Origin: an uncultured bacterium
Lineage (GTDB): Bacteria; Zixibacteria; MSB-5A5; CAIYYT01
NCBI GenBank assembly: GCA_963698225.1
Contig: CAVOPW010000022.1
Coordinates: forward strand, 26,244-90,243
Length of the DNA stretch: 64,000 nt
Direction of reading: 5' to 3'
The notes beneath the pieces were generated by a model. That model was not told the DNA's origin. It ran no database searches and saw only the letters and a program-made list of their open reading frames with translations. Positions 1 through 11,052 of the stretch are shown in pieces; within the stretch, counting starts at the first letter, position 1, and the number at the start of each line of letters is the position of its first letter. The translations under genes were made by a program, and so were the position numbers.

Positions 1-106
1 GCTTGTCTCACAAGATGAAGAGTGTGTTATTCTCCGGGTCTATTGACGGACGGGAGTTAGCGAGCAAGTCGTCGGGTGCGTATTGCCAACTCGGTTGTAA
101 CAAGAT

Positions 107-742
107 ATGACAAGGATGAAAGGAGATTATCGCATGCAGAGAGCAACTATGTTCACTCTAAAATCGCTTCTGATTGCAGTGCTGATGATTAGCTTCTACG
201 GCAGTGCCGATGCCATCACGGGTTTGGGTTTCGGGGCAAAATTCGGGCAGGTAACGAACTATGACAATCCGAATGTGAAGCTCTCGGATCTGAAATTTTC
301 GGATTTTGCTGCATATGGAGTCTTTGCGAAAATCGGCAGCAAGTCGATCGATCTCGAGTTCGGAATTGACTGGTCGAAAGACAACCAGAAGAAGGTGCTG
401 TTCGGCGAGGAAGTTGAAGCCGAAGCCAAGGATGTGGCATTTCACACGACGGCCAAATTTGTTTTTCAGTTTCCGGTATTGCGACCGTTCATCGGCGGGG
501 GAATAGCCGCGCACAAGTTTTCTTACTCGTATTCGGGTGAACTGGGGGAATTTGAGGACGTGACGATCGAGATTCCGTCGAATGAGACTTTTTTCGGCTA
601 TCATCTTGTTGTCGGCGCCAAGCTGCAACTGGGGGTGTTGCCGTTTCAGCCGTTTGTCGAAGGAAAGATCTCCAAGGTCAACAGCAATCCGGCGACCGAC
701 ATTACTGTAATTTCAGGCGGGATTATCTTCAGTTTCTTCTAA
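107..742 (+). CDS. Outer-membrane beta-barrel protein (8-stranded, porin/OmpA-like)
   Basis: Signal peptide, alternating amphipathic strands, PFIGGG strand, C-terminal Phe; true start may be a later ATG (134 or 149). Confidence 0.7.
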   Translation: MTRMKGDYRMQRATMFTLKSLLIAVLMISFYGSADAITGLGFGAKFGQVTNYDNPNVKLSDLKFSDFAAYGVFAKIGSKSIDLEFGIDWSKDNQKKVLFGEEVEAEAKDVAFHTTAKFVFQFPVLRPFIGGGIAAHKFSYSYSGELGEFEDVTIEIPSNETFFGYHLVVGAKLQLGVLPFQPFVEGKISKVNSNPATDITVISGGIIFSFF

Positions 743-849
743 GCGATGGGCGTATTGGGGGATGGATCAGAGTCGCGGATTCTGATTGTCCGGCAGGGGC
801 AACTTAGTTAGCTTGTGGGTGCTCAAGGCAGTAACCGGATTGGGGATGC

Positions 850-2532
850 ATGCCGCAATTAGACTTTCATAAGGCATATCGGAATTTGGGACGCTACCGC
901 CAAGTGGTGGCGGTTCTGATCAAGTACGGATTCGGCGAAGTGCTGGATCGCATGAACATCGCCAGTTATCTGCAGTTCGGCAGCCGGAAACTGTTTGCCC
1001 GCCAGCAGGAACTGGCGGCGTTTAGCTGGGCGGAGAGAATTCGTCTGGCGCTTGAGGAACTGGGGCCGACCTTTGTCAAGATCGGGCAGATTCTTTCCAC
1101 GCGGCCGTTCCTCATTCCGCCGGAACTGGCTTTGGAACTGACAAAACTCCAGGACCAGGTGACGGGATTTTCATATGTCGAGGTAGAGCAGATAATTCAA
1201 CGGGAATTTGGCCGGCCGTTAGCAGAGGTATTTTCGACATTCGAGCAGACGGCCTGTGCGTCGGCCTCGCTTTCGCAGGTTCACCGCGCAACGACGATCA
1301 ACGGGGAAGCAGTTGCAGTTAAAGTTCAGCGTCCCAATGTGCAGGAAGTCATGGAGAAGGATTTGTCGATCCTGCGCGATCTCGCCGGCTTGTTGGAGCG
1401 GTATGTGCCGGAAACGAAGGCGTTCGATCCGGTGGCGATAGTCGATGAAGTGTGGAAGTCGGCGAAACAAGAGACGGACTTCACTTTTGAGGCGCGCAAT
1501 CTGGAAATTTTTGCCCGCAATTTTGCCGATGACGACCGCCTGGTGCTGCCGGAAGTATATTGGGAGCTGACCACCAGCAAGGTGCTCACACTCAGTTACA
1601 TCGACGGCATCAAGATCTCCGACAAAGAGAAGATCCTCGCTGCGGGGATTGACCCGGTGGAGTTGACGCGCGTTGGCGGCGAGATTGCGGCTAAGCAGAT
1701 TTTTGAGCATGGGTACTTTCATGCGGATCCGCACCCGGGGAACCTGTTTGCTTTGCCGGGGAACCGGATAGCGCTGGTTGATTTCGGGATGATGGGGCGG
1801 TTGTCGCGCGGATCGATGGAGTTGATTTCGGATCTGTTGATTGCCGCGGCCAGCGACGACACCAGACGACTGGTGCGGGTCTTTCAGAGTCACGAATTGT
1901 TGAGCGATAACATCCGTCCAGCGGCGCTGGAGACGGAATTGTCGGTATTCCTGCATCGCTATCACGGTGTAGAGCTGTCGAAGTTAAACATGCGCAGCAT
2001 GCTGACGGAGGCGTTTCGGATCGTAACGACGCATCATATCAAATTTCCTCCGGAATTGATGATGCTGGGGAAGACGCTCGGGACCTACGAGGAGTTGGCG
2101 CGGGCGCTGAATCCGAAATATGAGTTCATCACCGCCTTGATGCCGGCAATCAAGAAGTTGTCGACGCGCAAGTTTGATCCACGGAACATCATCTCGGAAT
2201 TGGGGCAATATTTCGGCGAGATGCGCGATCTGGTGCTCGACCTCCCGTTCGAATTGAAGCGGATCACGCGTAATCTGCGCAACGGCGAGTTGTCGATCTC
2301 GCTTCAACACAAAGGACTCGAGCGGCTGATCATTGAGCTGGAGAAGGCTTCGAATCGCATCGCGTTTTCCATGATCATTGCGGCTATCATCGTCGGATCG
2401 TCCCTGGTCATGACACGCGATACGGGAATGATGATTTACGGCTTCCCGGTGCTGGGCCTGGTCGGCTTCATAACGGCCGGCATCTTGGGGATTTGGCTGG
2501 TGATCGCCATACTGCGTTCGGGGAAATTGTAG
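850..2532 (+). CDS. ubiB: ABC1/UbiB family atypical protein kinase
   Basis: LGPTFVKIGQILSTR, ASASLSQVHRA, VAVKVQRP, FHADPHPGN, DFGMMG motifs; two C-terminal TM helices. Confidence 0.9.
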   Translation: MPQLDFHKAYRNLGRYRQVVAVLIKYGFGEVLDRMNIASYLQFGSRKLFARQQELAAFSWAERIRLALEELGPTFVKIGQILSTRPFLIPPELALELTKLQDQVTGFSYVEVEQIIQREFGRPLAEVFSTFEQTACASASLSQVHRATTINGEAVAVKVQRPNVQEVMEKDLSILRDLAGLLERYVPETKAFDPVAIVDEVWKSAKQETDFTFEARNLEIFARNFADDDRLVLPEVYWELTTSKVLTLSYIDGIKISDKEKILAAGIDPVELTRVGGEIAAKQIFEHGYFHADPHPGNLFALPGNRIALVDFGMMGRLSRGSMELISDLLIAAASDDTRRLVRVFQSHELLSDNIRPAALETELSVFLHRYHGVELSKLNMRSMLTEAFRIVTTHHIKFPPELMMLGKTLGTYEELARALNPKYEFITALMPAIKKLSTRKFDPRNIISELGQYFGEMRDLVLDLPFELKRITRNLRNGELSISLQHKGLERLIIELEKASNRIAFSMIIAAIIVGSSLVMTRDTGMMIYGFPVLGLVGFITAGILGIWLVIAILRSGKL

Positions 2533-2533
2533 C

Positions 2534-3799
2534 ATGTCAAACAAGCCGATGGTGTTTTCGCACTCGCGGCTCGAAACATTTGAGTCGTGCGCGCTGAAGT
2601 TCAAATACCAATACATTGACAAAGTGGAGATTCCCAAGCGAGACTCGATCGAGGCGTTCCTGGGTTCACGCGTACACGACGTGCTGGAAGAACTGTACAA
2701 GCACAAATTGATGGGCAAGACGTGGACAAAGGACGAGTTCCTGAAGTTCTACTTCGATCTGTGGGAGAAGGAGAAGCACGACGAGATCTTCATCGTCAAG
2801 AAACAATATACGATTGATGATTATTACCGGCAGGGGCGGGAAGCACTGTCGAAGTACTGGGAGCGTTATTATCCGTTTGAGTCGGAGAAGACGATAGCGC
2901 TGGAGCAAAGGGTGTACTTGTCGCTTGACGATGGTGACCGTTATCGCATCCAGGGATTCATTGATCGTCTCTCGAAAACACCTGAAGGTGTCTGGCAGAT
3001 CCGGGATTACAAGACGAAACGAAAATTGCCCACCAAGGAAGAGGCCGACAAGGACCGGCAATTAGCGCTGTATCAAATCGGGATACAAAAGATGTGGGAC
3101 AACACGGAAAAGGTCGAGCTGATTTGGCACTACCTGCTTTTTGACGAGGAAGTAAAATCGGTCAGGAGCAAGAAAGACCTCGAGACGCTGAAGATCGACA
3201 CGATTCATACGATTCAGGAAGCGGAGGAAGCGATCAAGTCCGACAATTTCCCGTACCGCGAATCGGCGCTCTGTGACTGGTGTGATTTTTTCGATATCTG
3301 CCCCGCCAAGAAGCATTTGGCCAAGATACTGCCACTGGCGCCCAGGGAATTCAAAGAGGACGAAGGGGTCGTGTTGGCCGATCGTTATAGCGAACTGCAC
3401 GCAAGGCGTTATGAACTCAAAAAGCAGATCGTGGAAATCGAAGAAGAGATGTCGATGGTCGAGGAGGAGATAGTTCGCTATGCCCAGCAGTTTGGGATGA
3501 CGCGTATATATGGATCAAGCCGGTTCCTCAACGTGAAAATCGAAGAGACGTTCAGACTTCCAACGAACAGCAACAAGATGGAACGGCCACAACGCGAACA
3601 ACTCGAGGCTTACCTGAAGAATGCCGGGATTTGGCAGGATGTGTCGCAGTTGACGCCCGCAAGGCTGGTGAATTTGTTTGAGGCCGGAACCCTTCAACCA
3701 AGACTTCAATCCGGACTGTCAAAGTATCTCATTCCTCATGTGGTCAAGCAGGTGCGGGCAGGATCGACAAAAGACTACGATGAGAATTTCGAAGGCTAA
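2534..3799 (+). CDS. PD-(D/E)XK nuclease (RecB/AddB/Cas4-like) with putative 4Fe-4S staple and C-terminal extension
   Basis: SHSRLETFESC, GSRVH, GFIDRL, IRDYKT, QLALY, CDWCDFFDIC. Confidence 0.85.
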   Translation: MSNKPMVFSHSRLETFESCALKFKYQYIDKVEIPKRDSIEAFLGSRVHDVLEELYKHKLMGKTWTKDEFLKFYFDLWEKEKHDEIFIVKKQYTIDDYYRQGREALSKYWERYYPFESEKTIALEQRVYLSLDDGDRYRIQGFIDRLSKTPEGVWQIRDYKTKRKLPTKEEADKDRQLALYQIGIQKMWDNTEKVELIWHYLLFDEEVKSVRSKKDLETLKIDTIHTIQEAEEAIKSDNFPYRESALCDWCDFFDICPAKKHLAKILPLAPREFKEDEGVVLADRYSELHARRYELKKQIVEIEEEMSMVEEEIVRYAQQFGMTRIYGSSRFLNVKIEETFRLPTNSNKMERPQREQLEAYLKNAGIWQDVSQLTPARLVNLFEAGTLQPRLQSGLSKYLIPHVVKQVRAGSTKDYDENFEG

Positions 3800-3924
3800 T
3801 CCTCTGTAATGTCTTAAAGAGTAATGAGTTAAGATTCCGCGATCGATTGTGCTGCCGCACCGAATCCGGGTGGCGATTCCCCCTTCTGTTCCTTAATCGT
3901 ACAGCCAGCACTACCCCTTTCCCC

Positions 3925-3952
3925 TTGACTTTGTGCAGGGATCTCTTATATT
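3925..3952 (+). promoter_or_regulatory. sigma70-like promoter
   Basis: TTGACT-N16-TATATT about 155 nt upstream of GTG start at 4107. Confidence 0.5.
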
Positions 3953-4106
3953 TTCGCTGTCTGCGTATGTGTACTTCTCGCGGTGCTCTATACATTCAAG
4001 AGCCGAGCAAGTTCTTATTATACTTTTGAAGAAAGGTACCGGCTGTAACCGCATAGCTGGGTCAAAACGCGAGAATGAGTTCTTCCCCCGAAACCGGAGA
4101 GCCATT

Positions 4107-7100
4107 GTGAAATTTCCACGTCTCATTGCGATTCTTGTACTCTGTCTGGCGCTGATTGGGAGCAAGTCCTACGCAGCCGGTGGTGAGTACCCCTGGAGCG
4201 ATTCATTGCGGGCCAAGACGGCACTCGATGGACCATCACTTCAGCAGCTGTTGAGTACATTCGGTTATTCGATTAATGTGGCCACCGATGAGATCGGTGT
4301 TTCAGCCTTTAAACCACAATTATATGCCACCCAAGCCGAGATCACGATCAAGTATCGTGGTTCTGCCTCGAGATCGCAGGTCGGCTGGTATCCGAAAGGT
4401 GTACCGGCAAGCAGATCGATGCTGTTCGCCGGGGATGCGCCGGCTGGTACAGTAGTGACTGTGCCGACCCTGGCCGATTCGGTCGGATTCTATATCGGTC
4501 CGACACTTTATGATGACATCTGGTATAGCCAGACGAGTCTCAATTGGGACGGATTTGATCACGCCAAGGTATTTTCCGCCGGTGCGGTCGGTCACTATGT
4601 GATCGCGTTTGAAGACTTAGCGGATGGCGGCGATCAGGACTTTGAAGACGTAATCATTGATTTGCGATTTGTCGATCCTGACGCGTTGACGCTGTCGTTT
4701 GTCGGACAGACGAACTACCTTTTCTGTACTGAACAGAATATCTGCTTCGATGTGAAGGGCAATGGCGGATTTGGCAATCTGACGCTGCAGAAGAAGGTGG
4801 GTAACACTTTCACGACAGTGGCTACCGGGCCGGCACCGCTTAACTATCAGTCGTGCTTCCTGCCGTGGCCGATCGATTCGACGCACCGGTTCATTTTCAG
4901 GATTACCGACGAGGCGAGCGTCAGCATCATCGATACTTTCGAAGTGCGCGTGGAATTCCGGACGAATCCGGAGTTGACGTTAACTGACGATTATATTGAC
5001 ACGACGATCTGCGTACTTGATTCGATTTGTTTGGACGTTGCGACAGCGTTCGATTGGGACAACGATCAGCTGCAGTTTACGCTATTTCAAAGCCCGCCGG
5101 CGAATATCGATACGCTGACCGGCGAGGTGTGTTTCCTGCCGCTGGCGCTGGATTCGGCGATGTACCAATTTATCATTGTAGCGTATGACTCCTGCTGTAA
5201 GTCGTTCGGATTTCCGGGCGCCGACCCGCGGGAGTTGTTGCCTTGTCCGCGCGACACATTAACGGTAATCGTCAAGTACAGACAGCGTCCGGTTATTACT
5301 ACGATTCCGGACACGTCGATTACGCTTTGCAAGAACGCGCCGACCGAGCTGTGCTTCCCGATTACGGCCAGTGTCGGAGAGAATCCGGTCCCGGTAATTC
5401 AAGAGTGTGGGCCAGGATCGATCAGCAATGGACAGCTTTGCTTCAATGCGCTGTCTTCCGGGACATATACATTCTGTTTTGCTGCTGCGGATGACTGCGG
5501 CGGTTTTGTGCGCGATACGGTCAAATACACGGTTTTGATAGATGATGTCGCGCCGATTGCAAATGCCGGGCGCGATTCGACACTTACACTTTGTGCGCCG
5601 CGGCCAATTTGCTGGCCGGCAGGATGCTCGAGCCCAACCGGCGATCTCGCCACATGCGAATTAGTATTGGGACCGGGAACATTTGATGGTACGCATATCT
5701 GCTTCACGCCGACTGCAGGAATAGCCTATCAATTCGTGCTGCGGGCGAGCGACGGCTGCGGCAAATCTTGATTACGACACGTCGATCGTAACGGTTACGC
5801 TTCTGAATCCGCCGGTGGCATTGGTTCGCGACACGACGGTTACATTCTGTGTCGCACAACAGGTTTGTATTCCGGCGTCGTGCACCGATCCGGACGGCGA
5901 CCTGACGTCATGCCAGTTGATCGGCGGCCCGGGCACATATAATGGAAGTAACATCTGTTTCACACCGGACACTACCGGAACATACAGATTCATTGTTAGA
6001 GCAACCGATGCATGCGGAGCGACCGATTTAGACACCGGATTCGCGGTGGTTACGCTTAACCGACGCCCGGATATTCAAGTGGGCGGCGGCAGTTACACTC
6101 TTTGCGAACCGGGACTGATTTGTGTTCCGATCAGCGCAACGGATCCTGACGGAAATCCGCTGACCTATACGACGACGATGGGGACGATCAGCGGCAATAC
6201 GGTTTGTATCAACTCAGGCCCATCGGGATCGCGGGTGTACAATTTCAATGTTGTCGCCCGGGACGCCTGCGGCGCTGCTGATACGGCGCTTTACACCGTC
6301 AATGTCAGGGTGAACATGGTGCCGATTCTGACGGTGCCCTCGCCGACGCCACAGAAGCTGTGCGCTGCAACGCAGTTGTGCTTCAATGTGACGACGGTGG
6401 ATACGATTATTACGAAGTTGACTTATGCTTTATTGTCGGGTCCGGGAACGATTAATCCGACGACCGGCCAGGTGTGTTTCACACCGACGGCAGATGGGAC
6501 ATTCAATTGGAGCGTTCTGGTATCCGATAGCTGCGGCAAAGCTGACACCGGTTTCGTGAGTTGGAACGTCGACTTTGTCGATGCGCCGACTGCAGTGATT
6601 GCGGCGCCGGATGGCGATACCGCGGTATGCGTTGGCACGGAACTGACCAATATCTGCGCCAATATCACCTACACGAATGCACCGAATACTACGATTACGG
6701 CGACGCCCACCAATGCAAGCGTGGACTACACATTTACCTACGCAAACGGTGCGGGGACGCTTTGCTTTGATCCGCTGCTTGATCAAAGCCGGACGTATAC
6801 ATTTGAGTTTATCCGTGCCAACGAGTGCGGTGTCCGGGTTTCGACTTTCTGGGACTATACGGTTAGATATGACGAATGCGATTCGGCCTGTATTGTCCTG
6901 GAAATCGACAAGACCGAGTGCATAACGCTCGGTTCGCTGGTCACTATCGGGATAAACTACGAAGGACGGTTGCCGGTCGGCGGTTACGATATGCTGATCA
7001 AGTATGATGTGTCGGCATTCAGTTTTATCAACGCGAGTATCGGACCGGCAATCAGCGGTTGGGAATATTTCACCTATCGGCTTGGACCATTCGGAAACTG

Positions 7101-8370
7101 CAACGGTACGTGTCCGTCGGGATTGGTGCGGCTGGTTGCGATTGCCGATGCCAACAACGGCGCGAATCATCCGCCGGTGGCGCAGTTTACACCGACCGGT
7201 GTCATTGCGCGAATCACCTTCCGCGTGACAAGCAATAACACATTCGAAGGACAGGTGTTGCCGGTGGAGTTCTTCTGGATCGATTGCGGCGACAACGCCT
7301 TCTCGAGCCGGACCGGCGATACGCTGCTGGTGGACAAGATCATTTACGATTCGTACGATGTTTTGCTATGGGATGAAGACGACAATAGTCTCTTCCCCGA
7401 GTCGGGTCGATTTGACCACCTCGGCGTGCCGGATACTTGCATAGTCGGCGACAAGTTCTTACCGGAGCGCTGTGTGGAATTGCGCAATGGTTACATCTGC
7501 ATCATCGACAACGACTCAATTGACGCGCGCGGCGACATCAATCTCAATGGCATTGCCAATGAGATCGCCGACGCGGTATTGTATACGAATTACTTCTTGA
7601 AAGGCCTGGCGGCATTCACGATTTCGGTGCCAGCGCAGATTGCGGCGAGCGATATCAATGCCGACGGCAATACGTTGACGGTTGGCGATTTGGTATACCT
7701 GCTGCGGGTGCTGATCGGTGACGTTCAGCCGATTCCGAAGTTGACGCCGTTTGCCAATTCGGTGGCATTCAGCCTTGAAGAAGTAGAAGGCAAGACAAAG
7801 CTGTGGTCGAGCAGCAACGTTGATTTGGGCGGCGTGTATTTGCGCGCCAAGCTCAACGGCGCAGACGCGGCGACGGTCGTTGCCGAACTTGCGGCACAGA
7901 GCCTTGAGTTGGCCTACTTGGTTGATGGCGATGTGCTGAACGTGCTGATGTACTCCGATGAACTCGGGGCCAAGGTAGCTGCCGGTGAGCGGCAGATTCT
8001 GACCATCGGCGCGACAGTAACGATCGAGCATATCGAAGCCGCCGACTATGACGGCAACCAGTTGAAGTCCACCTTGGATAAGATGGTGCTTCCGGAAGAG
8101 TTTGCGCTGATTCAAAACTTCCCGAATCCGTTCAATCCGGAAACGACGATTTCGTTCTCACTGCCGAAAGCCTCGGAGTGGACGATGACGATTCTGAATA
8201 TCAGTGGACAGATTGTCAAACGCATGGCGGGCAGTTCGCCGGCGGGCGTGACCAGCGTTGTCTGGGATGCCACTGATCAAGCCGGAGCGACCGTTGCGAC
8301 CGGCGTATATTTGTATCGTCTTGACGCGGGCGAATTCAGTTCAACGCGCAAGATGGTTTTGATGAAGTAG
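4107..8370 (+). CDS. Large secreted Cys-rich repeat protein: DUF4114-like, Ig/cadherin-like repeats, cohesin-like, dockerin-like, T9SS-A/FlgD-type C-terminal domain (frameshift near 5769)
   Basis: GGAG RBS + GTG 4107, signal peptide; FEDLADGGDQDFED; repeats C..C.DPDGD..C...GPGT....ICFTP....F..RA.D.CG; RGDINLNG..IADAV / SDINADG..VGDLVYL; QNFPNPFNP..GVYLYRL..RKMVLMK. ORFs 3933-5771 and 5815-8370 join by removing one T at 5768-5769. Confidence 0.8.
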
Positions 8371-8429
8371 CACATTTCACGGACAGTCGCGAGTCGTATG
8401 CGGCGACTTGCGGCACCTTCGCAATGAGA

Positions 8430-8462
8430 AACGGCGTCCCGGCCACCACCGGGGCGCCGTTG
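8430..8462 (+). terminator. GC-rich hairpin downstream of large secreted protein, possible terminator
   Basis: AACGGCGTCCCGG-ccacca-CCGGGGCGCCGTT; weak U tract. Confidence 0.4.
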
Positions 8463-8470
8463 ACGTTTGT

Positions 8471-8970
8471 GCCCTCACCTCTCGCCCCTCTCCCCAAATG
8501 GGGAGAGGGGAAGTGCATCGGGCAGTAAACGGAATTTGTCGGGTGATTGGATGGGCGAAGGAGCAGGAATTTAAGGAAACCCACCGTACCGGTGGGGAAC
8601 AGAGCAGCAGCAGTTTCAGCCGATAACGCGGAATTGGGCAACGCCCTCACCTCCCGATGGTATCGGGATCGTGGACCTCGCCCTCTCCCAGAAGGGAGAC
8701 GGGAAAGCACAAACGGAGAGAGTCGGAACCCTCTGGGGAGATGCTCCTAAATTCCATGCAGCTTCGGGACGAGGGTTCCAACCTACTCGGCTGGATGGGA
8801 AACGTAGCAGAATTGAATGAAGCCCACCGTACAACGCCGTAGGAAAGGGCCTGACGGCTCGTTGCGATGTCAGGAGCGCACTGACTACAAGTTCTATAAG
8901 TGTCAGACAAGAATGTCTGACCTACCGGTATTCGTGATGGTGACGCGGGCGAGGGCACCTCGCCCCTACG
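8471..8970. repeat. Cluster of several REP-like palindromes between convergent genes
   Basis: GCCCTCACCTC..CCCTCTCCC..GGGAGA.GGG at 8471-8510 and 8644-8703; minus-strand GTAG-footed hairpins GTAGGTCAGACATTCTTGTCTGAC (8902-8925) and GTAGGGGCGAGGTGCCCTCGCCC (8947-8969); CCCACCGTAC occurs twice. Confidence 0.7.
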
Positions 8971-8980
8971 AAGGATAGTG

Positions 8981-10084
8981 TTACGCGACTTGGTGGATTT
9001 CGGTGAAGAGTTCGTCGGTCATGACGCCGTGGCCGAGGGCGAATTGCAGGACGTGCGACCAATAGGCGTTGCCTTCGATGAGAAGGGGGCCATCTTTGGT
9101 GATGGCGATATCCCAACCGAGACTGCGCAAAAAGGGCAGGCGCGATTGGGCCTCGAGTGCCAAAGCGGTGACTTCCTTGTGGAAGGGGAGAATCTCGCCG
9201 GCGATGGCGGCTTTGGTTTCGGGATGGTGGGTGTGATAGACAATTCCGGCATCAGTCAACTGGGCGCCGGTGCTTAAGACGCCGTTATCATCGAAGCACG
9301 CCGCCATGCCGGTGGTGCCCACGTTGTCGATGTGCTTGCCGGTGCGGGCGATCTTGAGCATGCGCATGAGAATCTGGATTTCGCCCTTGGTGGTGATATA
9401 AGTCACGACGCGCGCGGTTTGCGTGCAGTCTTTGGTGTAGCGATCGAGAAAAGGGTGCTGGATGATGCGTTCTTGGATCAGCCACGAATCGGGGCTGTGC
9501 TTGACGATACCGAAACTGGTGGCGGCGATTTTGTCGAAGAGTTCGCTGTAAGTGAATTCGCCCTCGTTGAATGACAATACGCGGTCATTGCCGATCTTGC
9601 GGCAGAGGCGGAGGCCTTCGCCACGGTCGGCGGACATGGCTTTGAGAACGAATTCGGTGAAGGCGCCCTCTTGAAGGAAGCGGGCGAAGTCTTGGCGATT
9701 ACGCAAAGGGCGATTGACGGCATCGTGACCGGAGTGCGGGTTGTAGAAACCATACTGACTGGGAACAGGAAGCCCCAGCGTGCCCATCAGGCGGTCGAAG
9801 ACCATTTTCTGCAAGACACCCTGGTCGAAGAGCTGATTGATGGTGCGGTGCATGATCCAAGCCTGTTCACGGCTCATATAGCGCGTCTTCTCCTGCCAGC
9901 TGATCTCCGGCCGAGACAATTCGTAGCGGTAGTATTCATGCGGCTGAAGTTCGTTCAGGCGCAACAGCCGTACGTTCTCGCTGATCTGGCGCAAGAGTCC
10001 GATGCGGGGTTGATGCGATAGGCGGCGGTTGCCTTCGAGGATCCGTCCGATAAAGCGACCAAGTGCAGCGGGGGAAACATTCAT
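8981..10084 (-). CDS. Sugar-transfer-associated ATP-grasp protein (ATPgrasp_ST-like)
   Basis: FVLK..ADRGEG, IQERIIQHP, TARVVT, GWDIAITKDGPLLIEGN. Confidence 0.8.
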   Translation of the reverse strand: MNVSPAALGRFIGRILEGNRRLSHQPRIGLLRQISENVRLLRLNELQPHEYYRYELSRPEISWQEKTRYMSREQAWIMHRTINQLFDQGVLQKMVFDRLMGTLGLPVPSQYGFYNPHSGHDAVNRPLRNRQDFARFLQEGAFTEFVLKAMSADRGEGLRLCRKIGNDRVLSFNEGEFTYSELFDKIAATSFGIVKHSPDSWLIQERIIQHPFLDRYTKDCTQTARVVTYITTKGEIQILMRMLKIARTGKHIDNVGTTGMAACFDDNGVLSTGAQLTDAGIVYHTHHPETKAAIAGEILPFHKEVTALALEAQSRLPFLRSLGWDIAITKDGPLLIEGNAYWSHVLQFALGHGVMTDELFTEIHQVA

Positions 10085-10141
10085 TCGTCCAAGTACTCCA
10101 TATTTATCCGATATTAACCGTCAATCGGCGATTGGCGCAAC

Positions 10142-10173
10142 AAAAAAAGACCTCCGAGATTCGGAGGTCTTTT
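10142..10173 (-). terminator. Rho-independent terminator of the PEP-CTERM gene
   Basis: AAAGACCTCCGA-gat-TCGGAGGTCTTT with A7 flank (U tract on minus strand). Confidence 0.85.
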
Positions 10174-10195
10174 GAGAGATCGATGTAAGAACGAA

Positions 10196-11008
10196 TTATT
10201 TTTTGCGGCGAAGATGGGCGCCGAGTCCAAGGAGACCCATGCCGAGGAGAACCATCGTTCCCGGTTCCGGCGTTATCGTAACATTGTGGGTTTCCTTGAC
10301 GAGGTCATTACCGCACTCGATGGTGGTGCGGAAGTTGACCGTCTGGAATTGGCGGATGTCAAAGTTCGCGCCAAAGGCACTAAGGTCGAAGCAATATTCC
10401 TTGATCCAAGTATCGCCGTTGGTCTGGCTCGGATTGGTCGGGACAATCGGGTTGGGTTCAAGCTCATCGTAGAACGTATAGGCGTTCTGTACTTGGCCAA
10501 GCTCGGTACCCTGATTGATTCTCCACGGGCCCATCGAGGCGACGATGGCGGCATTGTTGCCGAATCCACCGGGAACTGATGGAATGGTGAGGTAGCTGTC
10601 AACCTGATAGAGTTTGGAGACGCCACCGCGGGTAGCGATTGCGTAGGTGGCATCGTTGCCGTCAAATCCAAAGAACAAGTCGCCTTCGCGGTAGGTATAG
10701 TTCCAAACCGACGAATAGGCGCCGTACTGGTAGCTGGCGGTCAACGAGACATAGAACTTGTCATTGGCAGTGGCAAAATTAAGGCCTTCAGTATCGAAGC
10801 GCTCGCCACCAAGACCAGCCTGGCCCGGATTAGGCTGGAACGGGTTGGGCTGACCGGGATAACCCGGGAAGTCGATATCGGCGGTGTTATTGTGTTCATC
10901 GAACACGTTATCGCCGAAATCGTAGAAATTCCAGGTTACGGCATTGGCTGATGTGAAGGCAACAGCCACCATTGCGGTAACCAGAAGCTGTAATAGTGTT
11001 TTTTTCAT
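10196..11008 (-). CDS. PEP-CTERM sorting-domain surface protein
   Basis: GGAG RBS + MKKTLLQ signal peptide; C-terminus TPEPGTMVLLGMGLLGLGAHLRRKK. Confidence 0.9.
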   Translation of the reverse strand: MKKTLLQLLVTAMVAVAFTSANAVTWNFYDFGDNVFDEHNNTADIDFPGYPGQPNPFQPNPGQAGLGGERFDTEGLNFATANDKFYVSLTASYQYGAYSSVWNYTYREGDLFFGFDGNDATYAIATRGGVSKLYQVDSYLTIPSVPGGFGNNAAIVASMGPWRINQGTELGQVQNAYTFYDELEPNPIVPTNPSQTNGDTWIKEYCFDLSAFGANFDIRQFQTVNFRTTIECGNDLVKETHNVTITPEPGTMVLLGMGLLGLGAHLRRKK

Positions 11009-11052
11009 CGATCTCCTCCAAGAGTACATAATTCAAACCAAATATTGCAATA

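Noticed and set aside
3933-4106. N-terminal 58 aa extension of the ORF-track protein
   Set aside because: It overlaps the promoter and leader; RBS and signal peptide support GTG 4107 as the start
8336-8958. Short ORFs in the repeat-rich intergenic region
   Set aside because: They are translations of palindromic repeats without RBS or recognisable domains
2534-8970. CRISPR-Cas locus suggested by the Cas4-like nuclease and palindromic repeats
   Set aside because: No regularly spaced identical repeats, no cas1/cas2; the repeats are heterogeneous REP-like hairpins
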